Positions 1-8,337 of a DNA stretch of 64,000 bases are shown piece after piece (within the stretch, counting starts at the first letter, position 1; every line of letters starts with the position of its first letter). Origin of the DNA: Gammaproteobacteria bacterium (GTDB lineage: Bacteria > Pseudomonadota > Gammaproteobacteria > Eutrophobiales > Eutrophobiaceae); the NCBI GenBank assembly GCA_963422205.2, contig CAXMWX010000009.1, positions 262,721-326,720 of the forward strand, written 5' to 3'. The translations under genes were made by a program, and so were the position numbers. A model generated the notes under the pieces. That model was not told where the DNA came from, made no database searches, and saw only the letters and a list, made by a program, of their open reading frames with translations.

Positions 1-1
1 C

Positions 2-2017
2 GTCAGCAAAGGAGTTGGTGTAGTATTCCTCGTCAAACACATTATTTATTTCAGCACGCAATGCCATATCATCTGTTACTTCGTAACTCGCCGCGATTTT
101 AACGGTGGTATACTCCGGCAATCTGAAAGCCTGATCACTAAAGAAGCCGTTTCTATCATCCACATGAAGTAAACCGCCAATGAAACTGAGTCCCCTGCCC
201 GCCAGTTGCGTTCGATGGACGACTTGAAGGCTTAATTGATTCGCAGGAATATTCAGCAGATCTGAACCGGCAGGCACGACAGTGCCAAAATTCGGATCAT
301 TGAAGTCGTTTTTGGTCTGGGCATCGACAAAGGCGTAGGACAGCCAGATGCTCGTGTTATCGGTGATGTTACCGTGGAGATCCAGCTCAATACCCCGGCT
401 GTCAGCCCTGCCTATCGCTGTGGCATTGAAAGCATCGTCGACCGTTGAAATGTTTGACTGTTCAATATCAAAGAACGCCAGGGTTCCCGCCAGCATGCCT
501 TCGTTCAAGGTAACGTTGACTCCCACTTCGGTTGATGTTGATCGGTTGGGTTTCAGGCCATTCGTCTGTGTTGCGCCAGATAGTGGGCGAAAGTTCTCGC
601 CGTACACGGCATACAGGGAAATAGAATCCGTTGCTTTGTAAACCACCCCAACCTGCGGACTGACACGGGTATCGGAGAATGCTGAAATACTGTTTGAACG
701 GCGATTAACCAACTCCTGCTCATAATCGTCAATGCGAACACCCAATCGGATATCCAGTGAATCCATTATGCTGATGTGATCCTGAATATAAAAACCCACC
801 GTCTCCTGAGTTTCAACTCTGTCGATTTGGGTCGCCAGATTAACAAGGGCTGATATGGGTATGTTTCCATATACTGGATTAAATACGTTGATGTCCTGAT
901 CAGTTGTTCTGTCTCGCAGAGCAAACTGGTCATTTTCAAATTCATCCGTATCTACACCCACGATAATGCGATGCCCTAACCCGCCGGTATTGAAACTTCC
1001 ACTCAACTCCGCTCGAAACACACGATAAATCGCATTGTAGTCACGGAAACGGCTGAAACGACCAAAATCCCCATTTGCATCTACAGCGCCAAAACCGTTT
1101 TCGGACGCATAACCTTCGAGTGAGGTCTCACGATAGTTAAAACCAAGCAGTGCGCTCCAATCATCATTAACATCATATTGGAATTCAACCTGATGGCCGA
1201 GCACCTCGGTTTCTATCGGGCCATAACCCGGTTCACCGAGGAAACGATCCTCAGGAATGAGACCCAGTTCGTTATCAATGGCGATCACGCCACGGTCAAA
1301 AGGAATTTCCTGACTGCTGTATTCCAACTCATAAGTCAGTTGGCTCTCATCGTTAAATCGATATGCAAAAGAAGGATTAACACCCAGTTTTTCAGTTTCA
1401 ACCGTATCCCGAAAACTTCTCGCATCTTCATAGAAACCCACCAAGCGAACGGCAAGGGAATCAGAGAGCGGCGATGTCCAGTCGATATCAGCCCGGTAGG
1501 TATCAAAACTCCCGCCTGATAATCTGAGGGTACCCTGCTTTTCAAACGTTGGGCGTTTTGTCACAAGATTAATGGTGCCGCCGGGTTCACCACGCCCGAA
1601 CAATGCGGCACGAGGACCTTTTAGCACTTCGACGGACTCAATACCGGAGAGATCACGTGGGCCACCAAATCCTCGTCCGGCGTTGAACCCGTTCACAAGG
1701 TAATTGCTGGGCAGGTTCTCATCACCAACAAATCCACGCAAGGCAAAGCTATTCCATAAGCCGCCAAAGTTGTTCTGACGCGCCACCGAGCCAGAGAGAT
1801 CCAATGCCTGATTGAGATCAATCGCCCCTGCATCTTGCAAAATTTCAGCGTCTATTGTCAGTTCAGACTGGGGGGTTTCCAGTGCCGTGAATTCTCCCTG
1901 ATAGGCGTTTCGTATTCCTTTAATGATAATTTCTTCGAGTTCAGACTGCGCCCGGACACAATTTATTGTAAGCACCAGGCATAGACTTGACCAGACAAGC
2001 ATGGTTTTAATATTCAT
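2..2017 (-). CDS. TonB-dependent (siderophore-receptor-family) outer membrane receptor, 3' end beyond window edge
   Basis: Not in the ORF track because no stop lies in the window. Manual translation from ATG 2017 (GAGGAA RBS): signal peptide MNIKTMLVWSSLCLVLTINCVRA, TonB-box-like LEEIIIKG, plug motif RQNNFGGLWNSFALRGF..ENLPSNYLVNG, and C-terminal NNVFDEEYY near position 2. Confidence 0.92.
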   Translation of the reverse strand, partial: MNIKTMLVWSSLCLVLTINCVRAQSELEEIIIKGIRNAYQGEFTALETPQSELTIDAEILQDAGAIDLNQALDLSGSVARQNNFGGLWNSFALRGFVGDENLPSNYLVNGFNAGRGFGGPRDLSGIESVEVLKGPRAALFGRGEPGGTINLVTKRPTFEKQGTLRLSGGSFDTYRADIDWTSPLSDSLAVRLVGFYEDARSFRDTVETEKLGVNPSFAYRFNDESQLTYELEYSSQEIPFDRGVIAIDNELGLIPEDRFLGEPGYGPIETEVLGHQVEFQYDVNDDWSALLGFNYRETSLEGYASENGFGAVDANGDFGRFSRFRDYNAIYRVFRAELSGSFNTGGLGHRIIVGVDTDEFENDQFALRDRTTDQDINVFNPVYGNIPISALVNLATQIDRVETQETVGFYIQDHISIMDSLDIRLGVRIDDYEQELVNRRSNSISAFSDTRVSPQVGVVYKATDSISLYAVYGENFRPLSGATQTNGLKPNRSTSTEVGVNVTLNEGMLAGTLAFFDIEQSNISTVDDAFNATAIGRADSRGIELDLHGNITDNTSIWLSYAFVDAQTKNDFNDPNFGTVVPAGSDLLNIPANQLSLQVVHRTQLAGRGLSFIGGLLHVDDRNGFFSDQAFRLPEYTTVKIAASYEVTDDMALRAEINNVFDEEYYTNSFAD

Positions 2018-2039
2018 GGTTTCCTCTATGATTATGACT

Positions 2040-2076
2040 AAAACGAAAAATAACCGCATCGACAGACGATGCCGTT
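2040..2076 (-). terminator. Intrinsic terminator/attenuator-like hairpin between leader ORF and TBDR
   Basis: Stem GCATCG (2056-2061)/CGATGC (2067-2072), extendable by AAC/GTT. On the minus strand it is followed by the U-rich tract AUUUUUCGUUUU. Confidence 0.45.
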
Positions 2077-2104
2077 AAAAGGTACACCTCATTTAAGGGC
2101 GCAC

Positions 2105-2461
2105 TTAAGATACTTGGAAGCGCTTACCTGGATTAGGAGGATCGCGAGGAGTACAGGATTTCCAGCTTTGCTCACCTGAGCTCGGCCGGGGGATGTCAAA
2201 AGAGATGCGTTTGTTGCGTTGGGCTTGGGAGTCGAATGGATGAAATAAGGCGACAGGATCATCGGAATCAATGGCGCCATTGTCAACATCATGTTCCTCA
2301 AGTTTGGGTGACGGTAACAGGCAAAATACGCAGGAGTGCTGCTGATGATCCTGGTCTTTATCATCATGGGCATGTACTGCAGATGTCGTTTGCAGAGGCA
2401 CAAAAGCCTGAAGCAAAAACAGGCAAATGCTGGTCAAGCATAGTTTTCTTTTGTCATTCAT
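2105..2461 (-). CDS. DUF2946/CruR/CutF-like upstream leader protein (signal-like N-terminus, His-rich, CxxC, C-terminal RxPP)
   Basis: Hydrophobic N-terminus, HAHDDKDQDHQQH-S-CVFC and late PRDPP. Lies 87 bp upstream of the TBDR on the same strand. Confidence 0.7.
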   Translation of the reverse strand: MNDKRKLCLTSICLFLLQAFVPLQTTSAVHAHDDKDQDHQQHSCVFCLLPSPKLEEHDVDNGAIDSDDPVALFHPFDSQAQRNKRISFDIPRPSSGEQSWKSCTPRDPPNPGKRFQVS

Positions 2462-2603
2462 TAGAGTATGACAGCGACTTTTATTTCTTCGCTGTTATTC
2501 AGGACGTGGTTTAAACCTGTCGTTTTTCCCGCACCAGGAAAACCGGATATGACGGTTGCAGGCAGCGTGTTTTCAATCATCGTTTTCCATTGAATCTGAA
2601 ATA

Positions 2604-2626
2604 GGATTGTTATATTATAACGTAAA
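2604..2626. promoter_or_regulatory. Zur (zinc uptake regulator)-like operator
   Basis: Perfect GTTATA-T-TATAAC (2609-2621) matches the core of the gammaproteobacterial Zur consensus GAAATGTTATA-N-TATAACATTTC. About 150 bp upstream of the leader ORF. Confidence 0.7.
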
Positions 2627-2714
2627 TTCAACGCAGATTCAATACCGCATACACCTTACCACTACGCTAAACCCGCCTGGATACATTCACGTAAATCCAG
2701 GACAGCCCCAGAAT

Positions 2715-3917
2715 TTACGTATGAGCCGTAGCTGCCACGCCATCTTCAACCAACCGTGTGATATCCGCCTCCGTGTAGCCAGCCTGCTTGAGAATATCGA
2801 CCGTATCTTCGCCGGCATGCGGGATATCATGATGCAGACCCGGGCGGCCTGCATTCATCTCCAGCGGGAGTGCGGGCAGCCTGGTATCCTTGCCACCGGG
2901 AATGGTGACAGCCAACAGACCGCCGGAGTGATTTAAGTGGGGATCATCAAACAAGTCTTCCGGCCTGCCAATGCCCGCAAACGGCAAGCCGCTGGACTCC
3001 AGCTTCTCCATCAATTCCGCCCTGGTAAATTGTCGAAACACATCCCGTACCACCGGGATAATCTCATCACGGCGCTTAACGCGATGGCTATTCGTTGCCA
3101 GACTGTCATCTTCGGCAAAGGCCGACAAGGCAAAATCGGCACAGAATTTTTGCCACTGGGTATCGCTGACGACCGCAACAAACACCTGCTCTTCGTCCCT
3201 GGTCGCAAAAATATCGTAGATCGCCCATGCGGAAATCCGCACAGGCATCGGTTTGGCCGGCTCACCTGTGACGGCATATTGCGCCATGTGCTGGCCTACC
3301 AGAAAGGCGGTGCTTTCAAACAGCGAACTGGTCAGCCTCTGACCCTTGCCGCTGCGATGGCGTTGTTCCAGCGCAGACAAAACACCAATCACGCCAAACA
3401 TGCCGCCAACGACATCAATCACAGAAGCACCAGCACGCAGGGGCCTGCCCGGCGGGCCGGTCATGTAGGCTAACCCCCCCATCATCTGGGTGACTTCGTC
3501 CAGGGCGGTGCGCTGCTCATAGGGGCCGGCCAAAAAGCCCTTGGCTGAACAGTAGATCAACCCGGGGTTATCAATCGCCAACTGCTCATAGGCAAAACCC
3601 AGCTTGTCCATGCTGCCGGGGCGGAAGTTTTCAATCAGCACATCAGCATTTGCAATCAGGCGTTTGGCGACTTCCCTGCCTTCACATGATTTCAGATCGA
3701 GGCAGATGCTTTTTTTATTGCGGTTATACATGGGGAAATAGCCCGCCCCGGAACCGCGCAGGTTACGGGTTTTATCACCGCCAATAGGCTCTACCTTGAT
3801 CACCTCAGCACCCAGATCGCCCAGTATGACACCCGCAGTCGGGCCCATCACCATGTGGGTAAACTCGATAACTTTGATGCCGGACAAGGGCAGGTTGTTC
3901 TCTTCACTCATCGCCAC
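2715..3917 (-). CDS. CaiB/BaiF family III CoA transferase
   Basis: PLSGIKVIE..GP..LGDLGAEVIKVEP, NRNKKSICLDLK, DVLIENFRPG motifs. Confidence 0.95.
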   Translation of the reverse strand: MAMSEENNLPLSGIKVIEFTHMVMGPTAGVILGDLGAEVIKVEPIGGDKTRNLRGSGAGYFPMYNRNKKSICLDLKSCEGREVAKRLIANADVLIENFRPGSMDKLGFAYEQLAIDNPGLIYCSAKGFLAGPYEQRTALDEVTQMMGGLAYMTGPPGRPLRAGASVIDVVGGMFGVIGVLSALEQRHRSGKGQRLTSSLFESTAFLVGQHMAQYAVTGEPAKPMPVRISAWAIYDIFATRDEEQVFVAVVSDTQWQKFCADFALSAFAEDDSLATNSHRVKRRDEIIPVVRDVFRQFTRAELMEKLESSGLPFAGIGRPEDLFDDPHLNHSGGLLAVTIPGGKDTRLPALPLEMNAGRPGLHHDIPHAGEDTVDILKQAGYTEADITRLVEDGVAATAHT

Positions 3918-4032
3918 GACTCTGTCCTGAAAAAATCTTAAATTACTATTATCATTATATTATTATATCATTATGGTTTGCATTGATGCGAATTTAACTC
4001 CTTGAAACAACAGACGTGCTTTTGCCGACATA

Positions 4033-4962
4033 ATGAATGAAATTGATATATTGATCAGCGAGGTAGGCCCAAGAGATGGCTTGCAAAACGTGAAATCCCT
4101 CATGCCTACCGAGGCGAAAAAACGCTGGATCAGCGCCGCTGCCGAGGCAGGCATCAGAGAGATCGAGGTCGGCTCTTTTGTCCCGCCCAGACTGCTGCCG
4201 CAGCTTGCCGATACGCCGGCAGTCATCGCCCATGCCGTGACCCTGCCAACGCTGACGGTGGCTGCCCTCATACCCAACCTCAAGGGGGCAGAGAACGCCG
4301 TGCAAACCGGCGTGCATAAATTGTCCATACCCCTGTCTGTGAGCGAGACGCACAGCCTGAAAAATGTGAAAAAAGACCATGCGGGCATGCTGGATGAGAT
4401 CAAAAAAATTACCGGCTTGCTCGCTTCCCTGCCAGCAGAGCAGCGTCCGCATCTGGAGGGCAGCCTGTCAACGGCCTTCGGCTGTACGCTGGAAGGGCCT
4501 GTGCCCGAAGATAAAGTCGTAGCCATGGCGGAGAGACTGATGCAGACAGGGTGTGATGAGGTGGGATTATCAGATACCACGGGCTATGCCAATCCGGTGC
4601 AGATAAAGCGCCTGATCAGGCAGGTCAGGGCGGCGGTTGGTGATGACAAGCTGACGGGGGTACATCTGCATAACACCCGAGGTCTGGGGCTGGCCAATGT
4701 CCTTGCTGCCCTGGAAGAAGGCATTACCACCGTTGACAGCTCTCTGGGCGGGCTTGGAGGCTGCCCCTTTGCGCCCGGTGCCAGCGGGAATATTGTGACT
4801 GAAGATCTCGCCTTTATGCTGGAAGCGATGGGATACAGAACGGGTATTGATTTAGAAAAACTGTTGCAGCTAAGGCAGATCGTCCAGGATGCCCTGCCCG
4901 AAGAAGAACTGTACGGCTTCACGGCGGATGCCGGACTTCCCAAAGGATTTGTGCAACAGTAG
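4033..4962 (+). CDS. Hydroxymethylglutaryl-CoA lyase family (HMGL-like / citramalyl-CoA lyase-like)
   Basis: EVGPRDGLQN, HLHNTRG, GGCPFAPGASGN motifs. Confidence 0.93.
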   Translation: MNEIDILISEVGPRDGLQNVKSLMPTEAKKRWISAAAEAGIREIEVGSFVPPRLLPQLADTPAVIAHAVTLPTLTVAALIPNLKGAENAVQTGVHKLSIPLSVSETHSLKNVKKDHAGMLDEIKKITGLLASLPAEQRPHLEGSLSTAFGCTLEGPVPEDKVVAMAERLMQTGCDEVGLSDTTGYANPVQIKRLIRQVRAAVGDDKLTGVHLHNTRGLGLANVLAALEEGITTVDSSLGGLGGCPFAPGASGNIVTEDLAFMLEAMGYRTGIDLEKLLQLRQIVQDALPEEELYGFTADAGLPKGFVQQ

Positions 4963-5006
4963 CCGGTGAATGTACAACGTATAATTCGCGGTTATTTTTC
5001 CGCTTA

Positions 5007-6254
5007 TCAATCTTTAACAGGCCCGATACGGGGAATAAAAAGATTGATACTCCACGCCGCCAGGATCTGCAAAAGCGGCACAAGGATAAAAACCGGGGTA
5101 TAAGACCAGTTATCGACCATCCAGCCCACCATCGGCGAGAATAACATGGCCCCGAGGCTGCCCGCCGCCCCGAACAGGCCCCAGGCCGTTGCCACCTGGC
5201 CGGGCGGATAAATGTCAGCAGGCAGGGCAAACAGGACAGCCGCTTTCACTTGAATGGCAAACATCGCCAGTGCTATCAGGCCGATGGCAGTATAAGCGGA
5301 ATCGGCCATGACCACCGGCATACTGGCCGATACCAGTAAAGCGCCCGCCCAAATTACTGTTTTTCTGGCCAGGTTCAATGAGATTCCCGCCCTCATCAGG
5401 CGCGCACTGAGCCAGCCGCCAGCCAGACTGCCCAGGTCGGCGGCCAAAAAAGGAAACCATGCCGTCATGGCGATCTGGGTGATATCAAAGCCGCGGGTGC
5501 TGGCAAGATAGGCGGGCAGCCAGAAAACAAAAAAGTAAAACGGCCCATCACCCAGAAAGCGTGACAACAACAAGCCCTGCATGTGCCGTTGCCTTATCAA
5601 GGCCGCCCAGTTGACTGTGGCAGGGCCTGACTCCTGGATGCGATTCTTGAGTATCAGTTGCCGTTCTTCCGCTTGAATCCACCGGTGTTGCTCTGGCAGA
5701 TCGTAATACCACAGCCATAAAGCCAGCCAGATGAAACCAAAGGCCCCCGGAATAATAAAAGCCCATTGCCATCCCAGCGTAACGATGATTAATCCTATCA
5801 ACGGCGGGGCGATGATGGCGCCAAGACCGGGGCCTACCATTAATATGCCAACAGCAATAGAACGGTCCTGTTCTGGAAACCACTCGGCAATCGCCTTCAG
5901 GGCCGCAGGAAAATTGGCCGCTTCCGTGAAGCCTAAAAAAATCCGGCACACAAAAAACCCGCCCACTCCTCTCGCCGCGGCATGCAGCATCCCGGCCAGG
6001 CTCCACAATACCACCGCCAGAGAAAATGCCCGCTTACTGCCAAATCGATCAATCAGCGGCCCGGACAAAAACTGACCTAAAGCATAGGCAAACAAAAAGC
6101 CGGAGGTGATCCAGCCATATTCGGTGTTGGAGATACTGAAATTCTCCATTAACAGGGGGGCTGTGACCGACAACGCCTGACGATCCACATAGTTAATCGT
6201 GGTTACCAGACAGAGGATAATGGCGATATGCCAGCGCAGATGCGGCAGTTGCAT
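5007..6254 (-). CDS. MFS transporter (ExuT/ACS-like organic anion permease)
   Basis: LRW..I..L.T.INYVDRQ, GPLIDRFGSK, EAANFPA..KAIAEWFP motifs; about 12 hydrophobic segments. Start at ATG 6254 preferred. Confidence 0.9.
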   Translation of the reverse strand: MQLPHLRWHIAIILCLVTTINYVDRQALSVTAPLLMENFSISNTEYGWITSGFLFAYALGQFLSGPLIDRFGSKRAFSLAVVLWSLAGMLHAAARGVGGFFVCRIFLGFTEAANFPAALKAIAEWFPEQDRSIAVGILMVGPGLGAIIAPPLIGLIIVTLGWQWAFIIPGAFGFIWLALWLWYYDLPEQHRWIQAEERQLILKNRIQESGPATVNWAALIRQRHMQGLLLSRFLGDGPFYFFVFWLPAYLASTRGFDITQIAMTAWFPFLAADLGSLAGGWLSARLMRAGISLNLARKTVIWAGALLVSASMPVVMADSAYTAIGLIALAMFAIQVKAAVLFALPADIYPPGQVATAWGLFGAAGSLGAMLFSPMVGWMVDNWSYTPVFILVPLLQILAAWSINLFIPRIGPVKD

Positions 6255-6364
6255 GAGAGATATTAAGAGCAATAAATGAAGACAGCTTACGTTAAAAGCC
6301 GCTACTTAAAAACCCGTTGATATAAAAGCCGCGCTGAATCCTTACGGCTGCTTCAACTTCAACC

Positions 6365-7258
6365 TCACTCGACTGGACTCACCAATAGCTCGATCAGCTC
6401 ATTCGCCGGGCCGATGAGTGTTGCAGATTGTCGTCCGGCATAAGGCATATCCCTGCAACAGATCAGCTTCTCCGCAATGGCCTGATTGATTTTTTCGATG
6501 TTCTTAATCTCAAAAGAAACCATGGCAATACCCGGCGGCAGATGGCCAGGTAAACAATGACGCCCCATCGCTTCGGGCGGCATCTGATCAACCTCGATAT
6601 AACATTGCCCGCCAAGCGGGATGACCGAGAGCGGATACAGCGTATCCTCTGGCTTGTTAAAGGCATCGGATAACACGGTAATCCTGACATCGGCGTCCGG
6701 CAAAGCGGTCACGGTAAACTGCTGCTGATAAAAAGACTTGATTGCCGTCAAAGATCGCCCCCCCAGAATCATGATAAAAGGATGACCGACAAAGGCCGTG
6801 GCCATCGGCAAATCGAAACCCGGCACCGCCGCCTTCACCTGCGTGAGATACAGCACTTCATGGCTGGGGCCAATCACCTGCATGGCACGTATATCATCTG
6901 AAAACGACAGGTTGGCCGGCTGGCCAATAATGCGAAACGGCGAATCAGATAATCGCTTCGCCAGGGCATCCACATCGGTCACGATGATCTCAATGGCATT
7001 CCAGCCATAACACTTCAACGGCCTGTATTCAGGCTGTTCCGATGCACCAACAAAACGGAGACAGGATTCATGACCACTGGCAGGTGCAAGCAACACGTAA
7101 TCATTACCGGCAACTGCTGGCGCGCGCCAGGAATCTGCCAATGCCACAGATACCTCACCCCTGCCAACCAACTGGTAGTCGAGATAGTCACAATAAGCAC
7201 GTTCACAAGCGGTTATCGATGGTGTTGTTATCGTGATTGTATTAATTCGTCCCGGCAT
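6365..7258 (-). CDS. Two-domain VOC/glyoxalase-like protein
   Basis: Repeated beta-alpha-beta-beta-beta pattern (GWNAIEIIVTDVDAL; LIGPANELIEL). Start at MPGRINT (7258) preferred over 7390. Confidence 0.65.
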   Translation of the reverse strand: MPGRINTITITTPSITACERAYCDYLDYQLVGRGEVSVALADSWRAPAVAGNDYVLLAPASGHESCLRFVGASEQPEYRPLKCYGWNAIEIIVTDVDALAKRLSDSPFRIIGQPANLSFSDDIRAMQVIGPSHEVLYLTQVKAAVPGFDLPMATAFVGHPFIMILGGRSLTAIKSFYQQQFTVTALPDADVRITVLSDAFNKPEDTLYPLSVIPLGGQCYIEVDQMPPEAMGRHCLPGHLPPGIAMVSFEIKNIEKINQAIAEKLICCRDMPYAGRQSATLIGPANELIELLVSPVE

Positions 7259-7459
7259 GTTGACTGGTTTTTCTATCGGGTAAGCGCCGTATGATATAGC
7301 CAAAAAATCTGCAGAGAAAATGAATTCTCTGGCAGACTCACACAATATTTTCTTACGATTTGTGAGGCGTCGGTAACGAGACCGCCGCAAACTAAAAATG
7401 CAATTTTGATTTCAGTAGTACATACTGCACCATCGGTGACTGACATATAAGAGAAAAAA

Positions 7460-8329
7460 ATGAACGCAGGCAAACCACTCAAGGCCATTGATGCGGTTGT
7501 CAATATCTGGACTGAGGAAGCACTTGCCCAGCGCCCCGGCTGGGGGGATGAATTTTTCGTTGGCAAAATGAAGGCCAAAGGCGGACTCATGGCTGGCCTC
7601 ACCCTGGAGCAGATGATCGAGCGCATGGAATCTGCCAACATCGAACATGCCTTTTTGATTGCAGCGAAATCAGGCCGACCCGGCCTGCCCGGCTGTTATC
7701 ACATGCCCGCTCAAGTGATCGCCAATGCGGTAGCACAACACCCGGATAAATTTTCCGGCCTGATTGGAATCGATCCCTTCATGGGGATGGAGGGTGTAAG
7801 GCAGCTTGAGGCAGCCGTAGGGGATCTGGGGTTTATCGGCGCACACGTGTATCCTCACTGGTTTGAGCTGGCGCCGGATCACGCCAGGTACTATCCCTTC
7901 TATGCAAAATGTTGTGAGCTGGATATCCCAATCCAGATGCAGGTGGGGCAATCCATGATCTACGCAAGGGATTTTCCCTGCCGCAGCGTTGGTCGGCCCA
8001 TCAGCCTGGACGCCGTTGCCTGTGACTTTCCCGAGTTAAAACTCATTGGCATTCATGTGGGGATCCCCTGGGCCGAGGAGATGATTGCCATGGCCTGGAA
8101 ACATGAACAGGTTTACATTGGTGCCGATGCCCATAGCCCAAAATACTGGCCGGAGAGTTTCGTCAAATACATCAACAGCTACGGCCAGGACAAGGTGATC
8201 TTCGGCACCGATTTCCCCGTGCTGGATTTCAAGCGTACCATGGATGAGATTATGTCGCTTAACCTTAAATCCGAGGTGTTGCCAAAATTCTTACGAGAAA
8301 ATGTGCGCCGCATCTATAACCTGAAATAG
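7460..8329 (+). CDS. Amidohydrolase_2 family protein (atypical first metal motif)
   Basis: YYPFYAKCCELDIPI, IGIHVGIPW, KVIFGTDFP, ENVRRIY motifs. N-terminal motif reads IDAVVN rather than IDxHxH. Confidence 0.88.
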   Translation: MNAGKPLKAIDAVVNIWTEEALAQRPGWGDEFFVGKMKAKGGLMAGLTLEQMIERMESANIEHAFLIAAKSGRPGLPGCYHMPAQVIANAVAQHPDKFSGLIGIDPFMGMEGVRQLEAAVGDLGFIGAHVYPHWFELAPDHARYYPFYAKCCELDIPIQMQVGQSMIYARDFPCRSVGRPISLDAVACDFPELKLIGIHVGIPWAEEMIAMAWKHEQVYIGADAHSPKYWPESFVKYINSYGQDKVIFGTDFPVLDFKRTMDEIMSLNLKSEVLPKFLRENVRRIYNLK

Positions 8330-8337
8330 TTTTTTTT

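Noticed and set aside
348-1545. Short ORFs listed in the first 1.6 kb
   Set aside because: Shadows of the minus-strand TBDR reading frame.
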